64,000 nt of DNA from Cetorhinus maximus. Lineage: Eukaryota. Position numbers and translations under genes: made by a program. The notes beneath the pieces were generated by a model. The model worked only from the letters and a program-made list of their open reading frames with translations, was not told the origin of the DNA and made no database searches. The DNA lies in NCBI RefSeq assembly GCF_964194155.1, contig NC_135886.1, forward strand, positions 44,578,001-44,642,000, given 5' to 3'. Every line of letters begins with the position of its first letter. The stretch's first letter is position 1. This document shows positions 52,646 through 64,000 of this stretch, in pieces.

Positions 52646-52802
52646 GTGTGACACTCCACGAATAAAATTGTAAGATGAAAAGGTTGTGAGCCATTCAGAT
52701 TACATAACTCCCATTCACTCCCATTCCCATTACATGCACTAACCATTTTCACCACATCAATGATTACTAATAAGGTTTAGTGGGGAAACAGATCAGGGTA
52801 AG

Positions 52803-52990
52803 GGGGCCGGTTGGCTCAGTTGGCTGGATGGTTGGTGTGGACCAGATTGGTGCTAACAGCACAGCATTCGATTCCTGTTTCGGCTGGGGTGAATTTGGGA
52901 CCTGCTTCCTTGCCCTACCCGTGATGGAGGTCACAGCACTATAGGTCAGAATAGCCTTCAGGCAGAGAGCTAAAGAAAATTGGCTGTTCA
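52803..52990 (+). mobile_element. tRNA-derived SINE (other family)
   Basis: A box ggttggctcagttgg; B-box-like cattcgattcctg. Confidence 0.55.
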
Positions 52991-53769
52991 CCAGGTCAAG
53001 TCATTCAAATTAGACCTGCCCTTGTCTTTGCAGTCAAACTTGATGTTCTTATGTATTTCCAAAGAAGAGGAAAATCACACTACTGCACTGCATAGATAAC
53101 TCTTGATTCAGCTTCTTGTTTGGAGAGAATTCAAATAAAAGAGTGTGAAACCAAATGAGATTGAAATCTCCTGTCAGTTGTTCATCTCAGGCAGTTGCTC
53201 TGTCAGCTGCCAGGTGTTACATTGAGCCAGCACTAACTGCAGACTTAGCAGAGTGGCTTAGACATTACAGAAAAATACCTTGCAAGGAAGTGCCAACAGC
53301 AACAGCCAAAGCTCTTTCGCTGTGCATGAAAATATGTCTATATTTATGACTATAGACGCAATGGTTGAGACCTCTCAACACTGCCAAGCTGCACCTGTAA
53401 TTTTGCTTATTGGTTTCTGAAGTGTCAATGACTTTTTGCAACATCACAGTGTTGAAGCACAGTGGTACATTATATTGACATTGCAAACAGATGTGTACTG
53501 CATCCTTGCTCACTGTAGAGCAAGCTGGAGTCTGTCAGCCCAGAATCATTGCCAGTAAGTGAGGAGGGAGTTTGCCAACAAAGTAACTTGAAGTGATCAA
53601 CAAAAATGATTAAGGTCTGATCAATGAAATGATCGAACTTGGCATGGATCAAGGAATGGGGCAAAGAAAAATGCAGAATGCAAAGTAAATTGCCAAGCGG
53701 CAACACTGTAGGTTATGCTTCCCATTGTTACTGCAGGAATCAGTTGTCAGTGGTGTGGAAATGGAGCAA

Positions 53770-55703
53770 AACAAAAACAGAATTACCTGGAAAAACTCAG
53801 CAGGTCTGGCAGCATCGGTGGAGAAGAAATCAGTTAACGTTTCGAGCCTTCACGGCCCTTTGGCAGAACTGAAGCATAGTTAGGAGAGGGGTGAAATATA
53901 AGCTGATTTAAGGTGGGGGGGGCAGGGGGGGGGGAAGAGAGAAGTTGAGGGTGTGGTGATTGTGGAGATAAGCAAGCCGTGATAGGAGCAGATAATCAAA
54001 AGATGTCACAGACAAAAGGATCAAAGAGGTGTTGAAGGTGGTGATATTTGTCTAAGAAAAGTGCTAATTAAGAATGGAAGACAGGACACTCAAAGTACAG
54101 CTCTAGTGGGGATGGGGTGGAAAAGACTAACAAGGTTTTAGTTTTAGATTTAAAAATAATGGAAATAGGTGGGGAAAGAAGAATCTATATAAATTATTGA
54201 AAAAAAAGGGGGGGGGAGAGACGGGGTGGGGATGGGGGGAGGGGGAGTTTAAGATCTAAAGTTGTTGAATTCAATATTCAGCCCGGAAGGCTGTAAAGTG
54301 CCTAGTCGGAAGATGAGGTGCTGTTCCTCCAGTTTGCGTTGGCTTCACTGGAACAATGCAGCAAGCCAAGGACAGACATGTGGGCAAGAGAACAGGGTGG
54401 AGTGTTAAAATGGCAAGCGACAGGGAGGTTTGGGTCTTTCTTGCGGACAGACCGCAGGTGTTCCGCAAAACGGTCGCCCAGTTTGCGTTTGGTCTCTCCA
54501 ATGTAGAGGAGACCGCATTGGGAGCAACGAATGCAGTAGACTAAGTTAGGGGAAATGCAAGTGAAATGCTGCTTCACTTGAAAGGAGTGTTTGGGCCCTT
54601 GGACGGTGAGGAGAGAGGAAGTGAAGGGGCAGGTGTTGCATCTTCTGCGTGGGCATGGGGAGGTGCCATAAGTGGGGGTTGAGGAGTATGGGGTGATGGA
54701 GGAGTGGACCAGGGTGTCCCGGAGGGAACGATCCCTACGGAATGCCGTCAGGGGGGGTGAAGGGAAGATGTGTTTTGTGGTGGCATCATGCTGGAGTTGG
54801 CGGAAATGGCGGAGGATGATCCTTTGAATGCGGAGGCTGGTGGGGTGATAAGTGAGGACAAGGGGGACCCTATCATGTTTCTGGGAAGGAGGAGAAGGCG
54901 TGAGGGAGGATGCGCGGGATATGGGCCGGACACGGTTGAGGGCCCTGTCAACGACCGTGGATGGAAAACCTCGGTTAAGGAAGAAGGAGGACATGTCAGA
55001 GGAGCTGTTTTTGAAGGTAGCGTCATCAGAACAGATGCGACAGAGGCGAAGGAACTGAGAGAATGGGATGGAGTCTTTACAGGAAGCGGGGTGTGAGGAG
55101 CTGTAGTCGAGGTAGCTGTGGGAGTCGGTAGGCTTGTAATGGATATTAGTGGACAGTCTATCATCAGAAATTGAGACAGAGAGGTCAAGGAAGGGAAGAG
55201 AAGTGTCAGAGATGGACCATGTGAAAATGATGGAGGGGTGGAGATTGGAAGCAAAATTAATAAATTTTTCCAGGTCCCGACGAGAGCATGAAGCAGCACC
55301 GAAGTAATCATCGATGTACCGGAGAAAGAGTTGTGGGAGGGGGCTGGAGTAGGACTGGAACAAGGAATGTTCCACATACCCCACAAAGAGACAGGCATAG
55401 CTGGGGCCCATGCGGGTACCCATAGCCACACCTTTTATTTGGAGGAAGTGAGAGGAGTTAAAGGAGAAATTGTTCAGTGTGAGAACAAGTTCAGCCAGAC
55501 GGAGGAGAGTAGTGGTGGATGGGGATTGTTGGGGCCTCTGTTCAAGGAAGAAGCTAAGGGCCCTCAGGCCATCCTGGTGGGGGATGGAGGTGTAGAGGGA
55601 TTGGACATCCATGGTGAAGAGGAAGCGGTTGGGGCCAGGGAACTGGAAATTGTTGATGTGACGTAAGGTGTCAGAGGAATCACGGATGTAGGTGGGAAGG
55701 GAC
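53770..55703 (-). mobile_element. Penelope-like retroelement (Neptune-like), 5'-truncated
   Basis: ORF 54302..55711 has RT motifs FTMDVQSLYTSI, GVAMGTRMGPSYA and RYIDD, a Cys linker CPRRRCNTC, and GIY-YIG NLVYCIRCSQCGLLYIGET. TSD TGGAGCAA at 53762-53769 and 55704-55711. Confidence 0.95.
53831..53871 (-). ncRNA. Hammerhead-ribozyme-like motif (core variant)
   Basis: CAGTT-CTGCCAA-A-GGGCC-GTGAA-GGCTC-GAAAC-GTT-AACTG. Stems I and II pair, but the core deviates from CUGANGA. Confidence 0.5.
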
Positions 55704-56805
55704 TGGAGCAATGTGACTTACTCTCTGATTTTCCTCATGGGCACATCATCACTTCCCTCAGGTGGTTTAACTGATACTGGATGCTCCTGTGAGGTGATTA
55801 AAAGGTCGACCAGAGCCCATGTCCTGGTACTCCACAATGAGTTGGTTACCAACCAACCTGCCCCCAACCTGCTCTGCATCACTCTGTCAACCTTTACCCC
55901 GAGCCTGATATTCCGAATAACATTCATTGGCAAATCAGGCATAACTACTTTTAATTGCTTTGGTTTCATGTTTTTGAGCTTGACTTCTATTATCCTATTT
56001 ATTTAAGGAGGTGCCGTATTCTTGAAAAAGTAGCATTTGGCAGGCTTCCCTTTTGTTAATTTGGAGGTCAACAATGTGATGATGTAATTGTATTAATCTA
56101 GGTGTCATTTCCCTATGACAAGATCACAACAAAAGTGATACAAGGCCTCCCCAGATCTTTTACTGTCCTTAAACCAAACAAAAATGGGCTTTGTTCATGA
56201 AGACAATGCCTCTTTAAGAAAATGCAAGAAGCTTGTCACAGTTAAATAACAGGGGTATATCTCTGAGTCATAAATCTTGTTTTGGTCAACATGACTTCAG
56301 TTTCCACAGCAATTTATATGGCCCTTTTAACATCCCCACCTCCTGAGTTTGTTGCCATGACACTGACTACTTTGACAACAAACATTGTCCAACTGGTTTG
56401 GGTTGAATTACAATGGTACTTTGGAATTGTTCACATTGAAAGTGACACAAAATCATAGGTGCCCCATGAAGTTGCCCCATGAATTCTCCGAGCGTTAAAA
56501 GAGTTTGTAGCAATTAACTGAAGGCTGTTTCTGCACAGAACGCCTTACAAGTTGCAAAATTTGCTAACTGTATAGGATGTGTTTATACAGTGGCATTAGT
56601 AGTTAGCTGCAGATAGTAGTATGATTTAGTATTTCACCTGACATGAACTGGCAGGGTAGGGAGTTTTTTTAATTTTTCATGAGATGTGGGTGTCACTGGC
56701 AAAGCCAGCATTTTTTGCCCATCCCTAGCCAGCGAAGCCCACATCCCATGAATGAATAAAAAATAGTTGCTAACTCTTCAGGATTCCTGGACTCTTCAAG
56801 AATTA

Positions 56806-57385
56806 AAGCTGCAGCTGTATAGAACCATGGTTAGGCCACACTTGGAATATTGCATGCAATTCTGGTCGCCACATTACCAGAAGAATATGGAGGGGTTGGA
56901 GAAGGTGCAGAGGAGGTTTACCCGGATGCTGCCTGGTCTGGAGGTTATTAGCTATGAGGAGAGGTTGGAGAAACTCGGATTGTTCTCACTAGAGCGACGG
57001 ATATTGAGGGGTGACTTGATAGAAGTTTACAAAATTATGAGTGGCATGGACAGAGTAGATAGTCAGAAGCTTTTTCCCAGGGTGGAAGAGTCAATTACTA
57101 GGGGACATAGATTTAAGGTGAGAGGAGAAAACTATAGAGGAGATGTGCGGGGCAAGTTTTTTACGCAGAGGGTAGTGAGTGTTTGGAATTCGCTGCCAGG
57201 GGAGGTGGTGGAAGCAGGTACGATAGTGGTGTTTAAGAGGCAGCTTGACAAATACATGAATAGGATGGGAATAGAGGGATATAGACCCCGGAAGTGCAAA
57301 ATGTTTTAGTTGACGGGCAATATGATCGGCGCAGGCTTGGAGGGCTGAAGGGCCTGTTCCTGTGCTGTACTTTTCTTTGTTCTTT
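56806..57385 (+). mobile_element. CR1 LINE 3' fragment
   Basis: LQLYRTMVRPHLEYCMQFWSP...FFTQRVVSVWNSLP; (TTCTTTG)n-type tail. Confidence 0.95.
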
Positions 57386-58329
57386 GTTCTATTAGTCTCC
57401 GGGACTCTGCCCAGAAGAAAAAGCATAAGGACATTTAAAAATGGTGTTTGGCTACATTCCCCCTTGCCCATTTTCTTGGGATACTTCTATTTACTAGTTA
57501 TCAAAATATTGGACATGTAAAAAATGCTCTTTGAGTTGACATACAGGGAATCACCCAATCGATTAACCAAGGTCAACTCGCTTTCCAATTGGCTTGGGAA
57601 GGCGGGGCACTGGAGGATGGATGTGTCTGGGTGACCAACTGTAGGGGTGGGGGGGAAGTTAAAATGATGAATGCCTCCTGGAGTATGTCAAACTACAGTT
57701 GACGACTCTCAGGCAGGGGCCAGGGCCTAGAATTGGCCGTGGAAAGCCAAACCCGAGAGGCCCAAAGCAATAGAGTGGCCACCAACAGCCAATTAGCCTT
57801 CTTGCTGCTGTTCACAAAATGACAGCCGCAGACCTTCCAGCCCTGAGAATCCAATGATGAAAACAAAGAGCCACTTACCTCTTTGGGCCTACTGTCTTCT
57901 ATCTGAGAGAAGTGAAAGGCAGGGTGGGTAGAGGATCAGGCTCAAGGGGCAGTGGCAGCTTTTCTGGGTCTCCTTGCATGTGAATCCCACATGCCAATCA
58001 GGTGAACATTTAGGAAAATGAGGCAGGAGAGTTGGAAAGACTACCTCCCCCGCTTCCACAATCTGCACTTACCATAGACAAGAATGTTCCCCCCACTTCA
58101 CATCCCCTGGTTTGGAGAAAGCCTTGAAAATGGTAAATCAAAATAATGGGGTAGAGACCTTGTGAATTATACTCAGGGCATAAAGCATAGGAGAATAGGA
58201 CCCAATAATGTCATTCCAAAATCAAGGCTCAATTTAGCTCCATGATGTGAAGCCTCGTAGAGGACTCATTCTCACAATATTTAGATATGGTATATATTTA
58301 TCTCACATGGTTTAATTCACAGTGGTGTT

Positions 58330-58785
58330 AAAGACGTCTTCAGTAAAACAGGAGGCCATTTGGCCGATTGTATCTATCCTGGCTTTTTTGGAACAAATCA
58401 AAACTAGTCCCACTACTTAGCTCTCTCCCCTTAGCCTTGTATCTGCTTCAGATTTTTATCCAATTTTACTTCAGACAATGCAATGGTCTGGGTCTCATTC
58501 TGGCCTTGTGGAATAACATTGTACCTTCCAAATGCCTTCTACAGGAGGATATGTCTCCTAACCTTTCTTTTTTTTTCCCTTTGGTGACATTTTTAAATTA
58601 ATGGCCAATGTTACTGACTGTCCAACCAGAGGGAATAATCTTTCCATAGTTGCACCAATCAAAAGTCTTCATAACTTGGAAACCTCTATTCCTGGCCTTC
58701 TTTGCTCCAGTGCAAATAGTTCCAGTTATTCTTTATAACTATCATTTCTCATCTATGGCATCAACCTGATGAACCTGTCTACTGG
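58330..58785 (-). mobile_element. Old CR1 3' fragment
   Basis: Decayed reverse-strand CR1 C-terminus and 3' UTR (aggaggccatttggcc...). Confidence 0.6.
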
Positions 58786-58906
58786 ATGCAAGGATGATAT
58801 ATGAAATAGATATGGGGAACTCAGTTCTTTGTGGGTGTGGACTCACAGCTCAAAACTGCCCTGATATGACACTAATAGGCAATAGAAATAAGGATGATTG
58901 ATGGGT

Positions 58907-59949
58907 AATTAAAAACAAAAAATGCTGGAAAAACTCAGCAGGTCTGGAAGCATCTGTAGAGAGAGAAACTGAGTTAACGTCTCAAGTCTGTATGATTCTT
59001 CATTAGAGCTAAAGAGAAATAGAAATTTGATGGATTTTATACTGTTTAAGAAGGGGTGGTGCAGGTGGAGCAAAATAGAAGGTCAGGGATAGGTGGGAGC
59101 TAAGCAGAGATTGACAAAGATGTCATGGGCACAAGACAAAGTGAGTGTTAATGGTGGTGTTAAAGACTAAAGAAGGTGCTGATAGTGGCATAAAGATAAG
59201 ATAGCAGAATGTGTTAATAGCAGATCAAGGGTCACTGTTCTGCGAAAGCAAAATGTAAGAACAAGTGACAGATGACCCTGTGGTGGGGGGGTTTGGTGGT
59301 ATTCGGGAAAAATAATTGGACTAAAAAAGGGATCGAGATGGTCTGAAGTTGTTGAACTCAATCTTAAAGTCCGGAAGGCTGTAAAATGTCTAATTGGAAG
59401 ATGAGGTGCTGTTCCTCCAGTTTGCGTTGAGCTTCACTAGAACATTGCAGCAGGCCAAGGACAGACACATAGGCACGAGAGCAAGTAAGTTGAAATGGCA
59501 AGCGACAGGAAGATCTGGATCATGCTTGTGGACAGACCGAAGGTGTTCCACAAAGCGGTCACCCAGTCTGCATTTAATCTCCCCAATGTAGAGGAGACCG
59601 CATTGGGAGTAGCGAATACAGTAGACTAAATTGAAGGAGGTGCAAGTGAAGTGCAGCTTCACTTGAAGAGAGTGTTTGGGGCCTTGGACAATGAGGAGGG
59701 AAGAGGTAATGGGGCAGGTGTTGTACCTTCTGTGATTGCATGGGAAGGTACCTGCTGCTCCGCCCCCTCTTAAACAGTATAAAACCCATCACATTTCTAA
59801 TTCTCTTTAGCTCTGAAGAAGAGTCATACGGACTTGAAATATTAACTCTGTTTCTCTCTCCACAGATGCTGCCAGACCTGCTGAGTTTTTCCAGCATTTT
59901 CTGTTCTTATTTCAGATTTCCAGCATCCACAGTATTTTGCTTTTATTTT
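58907..59949 (-). mobile_element. Penelope-like fragment (GIY-YIG end) with inverted terminal copy
   Basis: NLVYCIRYSQCGLLYIGE in ORF 59390..59662; 59750-59905 is the inverted copy of 58915-59070; 14-bp TSD GATGATT(G/A)ATGGGT at 58893-58906 and 59950-59963. Confidence 0.9.
59809..59847 (+). ncRNA. Hammerhead-ribozyme-like motif
   Basis: CTGAAGA (59813-59819), stem II GAGTC/GACTT, GAAA (59836-59839); stems I and III partly decayed. Confidence 0.5.
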
Positions 59950-60429
59950 GATGATTAATGGGTGTTGGAAATAGAGAAAGTATTATACAGTGAGGAGAGT
60001 TCTTCTGGGTTTGTAGCTGATGCACAATTACTGAGAAAGAGTAATTAATTTACTTCCCAGAAATGTTTAAAGGTGCCACTGAATATCTGCAATAGAAAGT
60101 ATTCCATTCCCCAGCAATAGAAACACCTCAAATGAAAACAAGGCACTCAAGGGCATTGCTTGGGCATTTTTTTAAGCCCATGTCTATTGATTTAAATGCT
60201 TACAGAGCATGGACATTGCAGCTTATCCTCTCCGGACATTTCAGTGATAATCACTGGGAGAGGAGCCACAAGTATTGATGTAACTGTGTCTTGTCCTGGG
60301 CAGGAGAAATACATTTTCAGCTAGGCAATGGACACAAGTCTAGTCCAGTCCAGTCCAGTCGCTAGCACATTGTATAACATTATTTTAAATACCCTGGAAA
60401 TGTGAATACAATAGACACCTCTATTATAT

Positions 60430-60815
60430 GAGTGTTGGGACATCAGGATGCCCCAAAACCAATGAAGTTTAGTAACTGTTACAATCTAGGAAACACAACA
60501 TTCAATTTCTGCCCAGCAATGTCCCCCAAACAGCAATGAGCTGATGACTAGATAATTAGTTTTGTTTTATTGATATTGGTTGGGGATAAATATTGGTCAG
60601 AACAATGGAGAGAACTCTCCTGCCCTTCTCTGAGATAGTGCCAGAGGATCTTTTACTCCTACCTGAGATGACAGATGGGGCCTCAGTTTAACATCTCATC
60701 TGAAAGATAGCACCTCCGACAGTGTAGCACACTTTGACAATGATGTGTTAGCTTAGATTTTGTGTTCAAGTTTCTAGACTGGGACGTGAATCCACTTCTG
60801 ACTCAGAGGCAAGGG
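60430..60815 (-). mobile_element. DeuSINE (SacSINE1-like)
   Basis: Same domains as 20766-21200. Confidence 0.72.
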
Positions 60816-61369
60816 ACCGCATGCACAATCACCCATACCAGCTCCGACTTCCACCTCGGATTATCATTGAAGCAAGTTAAGGGCCTCAGAAGCCAATACT
60901 AGCAGCAGTTCAGGTAGATGCAGCTCTGCATTTTAAATAGACTGTGAGATTTTCATGTGGTTCTACATGTTGATTAATGTTACCTAGAATTTGCAGCTGA
61001 ATAACAATTACATCACCTGCTTGGTTCTGTAAATAGGGGATAAACAGTGTGGAACAGTGGGACGTGCAAGTCACCTAGGGAGGGAAGAAAACCTCATAAC
61101 ACAGGAATGACAAAGTCATTAGAGGGGTCAGACAAGCCTTATTTTGTGCACTTGATTGGTGGAGTTATGGACAGCAGTTAATATTTCGTGTTAATGAGAA
61201 ACCAAAGCTGAGCACAGTGTTACAGAACTCAGGAGTTCAGGTTATTCTTGATAACCATATCTTGAGAAAGGCTAACAGCAGTGACATATAATATGTGAGC
61301 AACTGTGCCTGTCAGAGCATGGCATTGGATGCTGTGGTTTACTGATCTGTCTCGATTTAAAGAACCTGC

Positions 61370-61750
61370 AATTATATCATGCCTGAAAGATGTTTCAAAG
61401 CACTTTAGAACCAATTAAGTACTTTTTGAAATGTGGTGGGGAAACACAGCATCCAGTTTACGTACAGAAAGATTCCACAAGCAGGAATAAAATAAACGAC
61501 CAGATTATCTGTTTGAGTGATCTTGGTTAAAGGATCAACATTGGTCAGGACAGTCGGGAACAATCCCCTGATCTTCTTCCCTGATAGTATCATGGGATCA
61601 TTTTTATCCCTTTGGGATGCTCATAGGACCTTAACTAGCCTCATTGGGCAGATGGTAATACTGATAGTGCAGCTGATCCTAAACACTGAAGCGTCAGTCT
61701 AGCTCATGATCTCACATACTACTGACTCAGAGGTGCTACTGACTGAGCAA
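61370..61750 (-). mobile_element. DeuSINE, degenerate
   Basis: ccagattatctgttt...ttggtcaggaca...catgggatcattttt matches the family. Confidence 0.6.
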
Positions 61751-62364
61751 ACACACTTAGCACAAATTTATGAAAATATCATTATGTTTGCTTTTCCTTT
61801 GTTCCCCAAACATTGGCTTTTGCTCAGGTACAGTTCAGTGGCATTTGGCAGCTCTCTCCTACCTTGCCCAAGGCCACTGGTCATGGAGGCGGTGAGTGCC
61901 GTTAGGCTATTCAACCATGTGGTAGCATCTCTGCAGAGACTGACGCTTCCTTGCCTGCTTTGCGGGCACACATGCATTACATGGCAGGAGTCACTAGACA
62001 GTGTTCAGAGGCAGGTAATTGGTCAATTTTTGCACCTCTTTCTTATTCTAGAGTTGCCAAGGAAGACTGTGGCACCATAGTGCTATCTTGTCTGAAACCA
62101 GGCAGCGAGGCACAAGCTGGTGATTGAATGGAAGGCTGCTTCTCCTTTCCACAAGCCCTTAGGTGCTGCAGGTCCTGGAGTATGGATTTTGTGCATCTGA
62201 ATATAGCAAACCTTGGGAGTTTTACATTCTGTTCACAGCAGCATATGTCTGGAGATTCGGGAGCCGAGGGCACTAACATGGTTCTCACACAATTTAAGAT
62301 CATTTCAGGGCCTTTTTGTTCTGTGTGGTACTGAACCTTTCCAATTTCAAAGAAGTGCCTGTAT

Positions 62365-62745
62365 TCATTTAACGTATGATAATGTCATTCAGAAACATCT
62401 GAAAGGTCTTCACAGGTATGGAATTACTTTGAGGTATACTTACTGCTGTTATGTAGTTCAGTACAGCAGCCATATTATGACAGCAGGACCCCATCAACAG
62501 CTTTGGATGAATGACCAGCTGTGGTTCCGGCTGAGGGAGGAATGTTGCCCAGGACACCTGCCCTCGCTTAAACCAAAGCTGCGGATCTTTCATATCCTTT
62601 TGAATAGGCAATGGTTTGCAGTTTTAACATTGTACCCACTTCAACAATGCAGCACTTGTCCTGCGCTGGATTATGTTGCTCTCATGTCATGCTGTGGGCT
62701 TTGAACCCACGGCCTAACTCAAAATTGAGAGTGCTAACAACTGTG
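62365..62745 (-). mobile_element. DeuSINE, degenerate
   Basis: ggatctttcatatcc; B box gggctttgaacccac (reverse). Confidence 0.55.
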
Positions 62746-62837
62746 CCTACTAGAAAATATATTTTCAACCAAAAATCATTCTATCGGGCGCTCTTTATCA
62801 TTTTTGTATAAACACTTCCTTTTTCAGTTTAGGTATG

Positions 62838-63233
62838 TGTTGTAATTGTAGCTTTAAGGAATGTAGTGGCTGTAGCTTTAAGATTTATTGCATTGTATAG
62901 TATCACATGACAGTGTGAACAAATGGGCTGTAAGCATGGGGAGCCTTAGAGTGAGGGTTCTTCTTCTAGTTGTGGAGCTTGATGGAAATATGTAACTGCT
63001 GCTGCAACCTGTAAATAAAGTCTGATGCTCCTAATGAGAAGCCTATCTGGAAAATCATGTCCATAGCAGTATGGAAACAAGAATCTGTCCAGTAGTTTGA
63101 AGTAGGATCTTACCTCCTGAGTGTCAGTCACTGAGGTCTGATAGTAATCCAAGTGCAGTGCTTTGAGCTTCATTACATTAGATGGTGCAATACAATTGCA
63201 AATGCTTCTTTTTTCATGAAATAAACTACAACA
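62838..63233 (+). mobile_element. Probable solo LTR (with an internal insertion)
   Basis: TGTTGTA...TACAACA 7-bp terminal inverted repeat; tcacatga and tgtaaataaa motifs shared with the other LTRs. Confidence 0.5.
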
Positions 63234-63871
63234 TATTACAGCAATTTCTGAGCGAGCTTTAAGCAGCAACTTCATCTTGACATATGCATAAATTGCAAGT
63301 TTGACTTAACGCCTTAAAGCTCACTGTGTGGCGTTTGTGATGTATGAAAATGTTTCACTGCTGAGTGTGAAACCGAGCCAAACGCAGATCAAAAAATAAA
63401 TCCCCGATTCAACCTATGATCAACGCTGAGTAAGCTGATCTGAAACAGAGTAGCAATCCAGGTGTGACAGTCAGTCTCAGGAGGCGTGAAATTTAACATT
63501 AGTCATAGTAGCAAAGATGGGCAATAGGGTGGTTGGCTGTCCTACGTCCTTCTCGCTATCCTGTTTCATTAAAATGTGAATGTGTAAAAGAATATTGGGC
63601 TGCTGATTAGCTTTAATCTGCTTTTCACAACTGTCAATGTCAAATTTTAACCCCAGTGTGTTTGGACTAGGAGGGAAGTATCTAGGGTTAGCTGGAAATA
63701 CTGGGCAAGGACTCAGGTTGGCCCCGATGGCTGATTATCCCTCCTCCTCACCATAATTGATTGTTGACACACATTACTTACACTCATACATGAGAGGCCC
63801 TCCTCGAGGTACTGGACTCTGCCAATGCCTGAGGAACCAAACCTCAGTGCTAACTAACAGCTGCAGGGGAG

Positions 63872-64000
63872 ATGGTGGTATAGTGGCAATGTTACCGGAC
63901 TGCTACTGCAGAGGCCCAGGCTAATATGGTATGGTACCCCACCAGCCTCCGCATTCAAAGGATCATCCTCCGCCATTTCCACCAACTCCAGCATGATGCC
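63872..64000 (+). mobile_element. SINE family A head joined to a Penelope ORF fragment (runs off window)
   Basis: ggtggtatagtggcaatgttaccggac followed by cccaccagcctccgcattcaaaggatc (PTSLRIQRIILRHF, matching the 54302..55711 protein). Confidence 0.8.

Larger units (their letters stand above)
47573..52700. mobile_element. Decayed two-gene Harbinger element with secondary insertions
   Basis: TIR-like GGCCCAGATTTT at 47573; transposase on + and Myb/SANT exons on -, convergent. Right end not resolved. Confidence 0.7.

Noticed and set aside
54748-55666. Alternative-frame and antisense ORFs over the Penelope element (likewise over the CR1 copies)
   Set aside because: Shadows of the TE coding frame with no recognisable domains.
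61706-62330. ORFs with splice-like sites between DeuSINEs
   Set aside because: No recognisable protein similarity and several mutually inconsistent frames.
1-64000. Prokaryotic operon, defence or viral system
   Set aside because: No gene-dense organisation; all identifiable coding remnants are vertebrate transposable elements.

Overview
This is eukaryotic, repeat-dominated DNA, most likely intronic or intergenic sequence from a cartilaginous fish (shark). That assignment is inferred from the repeat families (SacSINE1-like DeuSINEs, CR1 LINEs with short tandem-repeat tails, Penelope elements) and was not checked by a search. No host protein-coding gene, rRNA, true tRNA or CRISPR array can be supported. 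Almost every long ORF belongs to a transposable element. These include PIF/Harbinger DNA transposons (one structurally complete 5.4-kb copy with TIRs, TSD, DDE transposase and a spliced Myb/SANT partner gene; four further remnants; three related MITEs), many CR1 LINE copies, one Tx1-type LINE fragment, and Penelope-like elements (RT plus GIY-YIG) with hammerhead-ribozyme-like motifs and fold-back ends. There is also an internally deleted Gypsy element, solo LTRs and two SINE families. Several nested insertions can be ordered in time from their TSDs. A few weak splice-site pairs hint at host exons. I found no convincing wholly new biological system. The best leads are the Penelope hairpin/ribozyme mini-elements and the Harbinger two-gene/MITE family.
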